Shown piece after piece: positions 61,941-64,000 of a stretch of 64,000 nucleotides of DNA. Below the pieces are notes generated by a model, which was not told where the DNA came from, searched no databases, and saw only the letters and a program-made list of their open reading frames with translations. The DNA is taken from positions 7,915,666-7,979,665 of the forward strand of contig NC_068992.1 of NCBI RefSeq assembly GCF_001194135.2. The letters run 5' to 3'. Numbering within the stretch: position 1 is the stretch's first letter; every line of letters begins with the position of its first letter. The translations under genes were made by a program, and so were the position numbers. This DNA comes from Octopus bimaculoides. Lineage: Eukaryota.

Positions 61941-61981
61941 TAGGGTTAGGGTTAGGGTTCGGGTTAGGGTTAGGGTTAGGG
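61941..61981 (+). repeat. Interstitial telomere-like (TTAGGG)n with one TTCGGG variant
   Basis: TAGGGTTAGGGTTAGGGTTCGGGTTAGGGTTAGGGTTAGGG. Confidence 0.9.
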
Positions 61982-62166
61982 TATACGTGCGAAGGCTATG
62001 TATGCTGATTGTCTTCATTGTACATATATTATGTTTATAATTAGGTAAATGCTTGCCTTTACAAATTAGACTAAAATAAAAAGCACTCAGTACAAGATTT
62101 AGAGCTCAGTTTTTTACACACACATCAAAAGTTTCCATAGAAGGTCAGAATTTTATATGTTTTATA

Positions 62167-62257
<91 letters not shown>

Positions 62258-63214
62258 AATTATTAGTTACAGAATAAAAGCATTACATTTGGGTCAACGA
62301 CTCAACATACAACAGTCCCCTCAATAAACGGTCAGATATAAGAAATACATCAAAGTCCACAAATACATAAGAAAATATATATATAAAAAACTAAAATACA
62401 ACATAAAACACAATATAAAAATTTATATATACAGTTCTAATGTTTGAGTTGATCATCTGATCTAAATGTTTTTAATATCGTTTGCTTTCAAATGAAAGTC
62501 TACCATCACCTTCCTAATTATTTTATCTGTAAAAGGTACCTTTTTTTTATGATGGAATCAGTTCCTTTAACATGGGGTTATTTGTAGAGTTAATTTAGAA
62601 ATGCTTAGGAGCCGAAGAAAAAAAAAACCTAAAAGACCACCAAAAACAAAATATAACATTAAATGTAATATCAAAGACCACACCCGCAAATCATCAAAGG
62701 CATCATCAGTAAAAAGAAAAAAAAAAAGACAAAGATTAAATGCATTAAATAGTTTTATAAATGGTAGAAAGTATTTATTCATCAATGTTACCTGAGTTGG
62801 AAGCATTTATAATTCCTCATATTCAGCGTATTTGCAGTTGCAAAAATTTGTGCATATCAATTTTTTTTTTTAATATCTTTACACTTGTACATTGAACCTT
62901 GTTTTTGTACTGGAGCTATTTGTGTCAAGATTAAGCACAATCATTGTAAAGGATAAGAGATTGTTATTCAGACTGGAAGTAGCTTCTTGTCTTTCTTTGA
63001 ATGCTTTCATCAATGTGGGGGTTCTTGGGCAAGTATCATTAACTCATTGGCTGTACTTCAAATGATTATCTAAAAGACTGATGCTCCTTTTGAGATTTTG
63101 GTCTAAAGCAGTGTTTCCCAACCTAGTTTTCCCTAGGCCCCACCATAACTTTCCAAAAAAATGTATACCCCATCGGTGGCTGGAAAAAACTATTTTATTT
63201 TTAATATTTCGAGC

Positions 63215-63510
63215 GAGATCGTTGCCAGTGCCCCTGGACTGGCTCTCGTGCGGGTGGCACATAAAATACACCATTTTGAGCATGGCCGTTGCCAGTACCG
63301 CCTGACTGGCCTTCGTACGGGTGACACGTAAAAGCACCCACTACACTCTCTGAGTGGTTGGCATTAGGAAGGCCATCCAGCTGTAGGAACTCTGCCAAAT
63401 CAGACTGGAGCCTGGTGTAGCCATCTGGTTTCACCAGTCCACAGTCAAATCGTCCAACCCATGCTAGCATGGAAAGCAGACATTAAACGATGTTGATGAT
63501 GATGATGATT
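63215..63510 (+). mobile_element. Short RTE-family 3' end with 1-2 repeat units and a (GAT)n tail
   Basis: Matches 25480-25810. Confidence 0.85.
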
Positions 63511-63601
63511 TCATAAGGATATATTTTCCTTTAAGAAATATCCATACTGGGCATTAGAATAGCGCTATATTGTAGCAAACAGTCTTCACACATGCGCACA
63601 T

Positions 63602-63632
<31 letters not shown>

Positions 63633-64000
63633 TATGCAAATACAGTAGACTTGGATTTTGCACTCTGCAACCCTGGCAACACATTTCAGAGAGCTGCATC
63701 TCTGGATATATAAGCTTTGATACAGGAGAGAGGGGATTCTTTAAGTCTTCTCTCCAGTGCTGATGATATGGTAAATGCAGCCAGTATGTGGAAACCTATC
63801 CACACCATGCCAGACCGGATAGAAAATGGTTATGATACTGATACACGCATCCAAATGTTTGAGATCTAATACAAGTAATTTTGCATTGATAGCTGGGTGG
63901 TTAGTTTGGGGAGGCATTTTGTGGCCTATAGGCATTTTGTGGCCTATGTGTGTTCCATGTTAATTTTGCCCTACATTCCGTTTCCCTTGTGAAATGTGTG

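Noticed and set aside
61941-61981. True chromosome end
   Set aside because: Only ~40 bp long, with ordinary sequence continuing on both sides.
62850-63060. Short minus-strand open stretch (MKAFKERQEATSSLNNN...) as the last exon of a neighbouring gene
   Set aside because: No recognisable homology or convincing acceptor; within chance expectation.

Overview
AT-rich, microsatellite-laden eukaryotic scaffold with 7 N-gaps. It is very probably an octopus or other coleoid cephalopod; this is inferred from the SINE repertoire and the ALDH sequence, not from a database hit. The one host gene I can support is a complete 14-exon, + strand cytosolic ALDH1/2-family aldehyde dehydrogenase (ATG 1231 to TAA 15788; 1494-nt CDS, 497 aa). 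The ORF track shows it only as fragments. All 13 introns are GT-AG, the frame is open across every junction, and the catalytic and cofactor residues are intact. Its intron set combines vertebrate ALDH1A-type and ALDH2-type positions, its substrate channel is unusual, and it shares motifs that I recall from cephalopod omega-crystallin. The remaining ~48 kb holds no recognisable host exon. It is a mosaic of tRNA-derived SINEs, young and old RTE LINEs, a Penelope-like GIY-YIG remnant, Tigger/pogo, mariner and possible Chapaev-like transposase fragments, piggyBac-type MITEs, a long foldback element, an interstitial (TTAGGG)n tract and many simple repeats. There are no prokaryotic-type systems (CRISPR, operons, rRNA). 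I see no solid evidence for a wholly new biological system; the best leads are the ALDH paralogue and several RNA-structure or splicing oddities.
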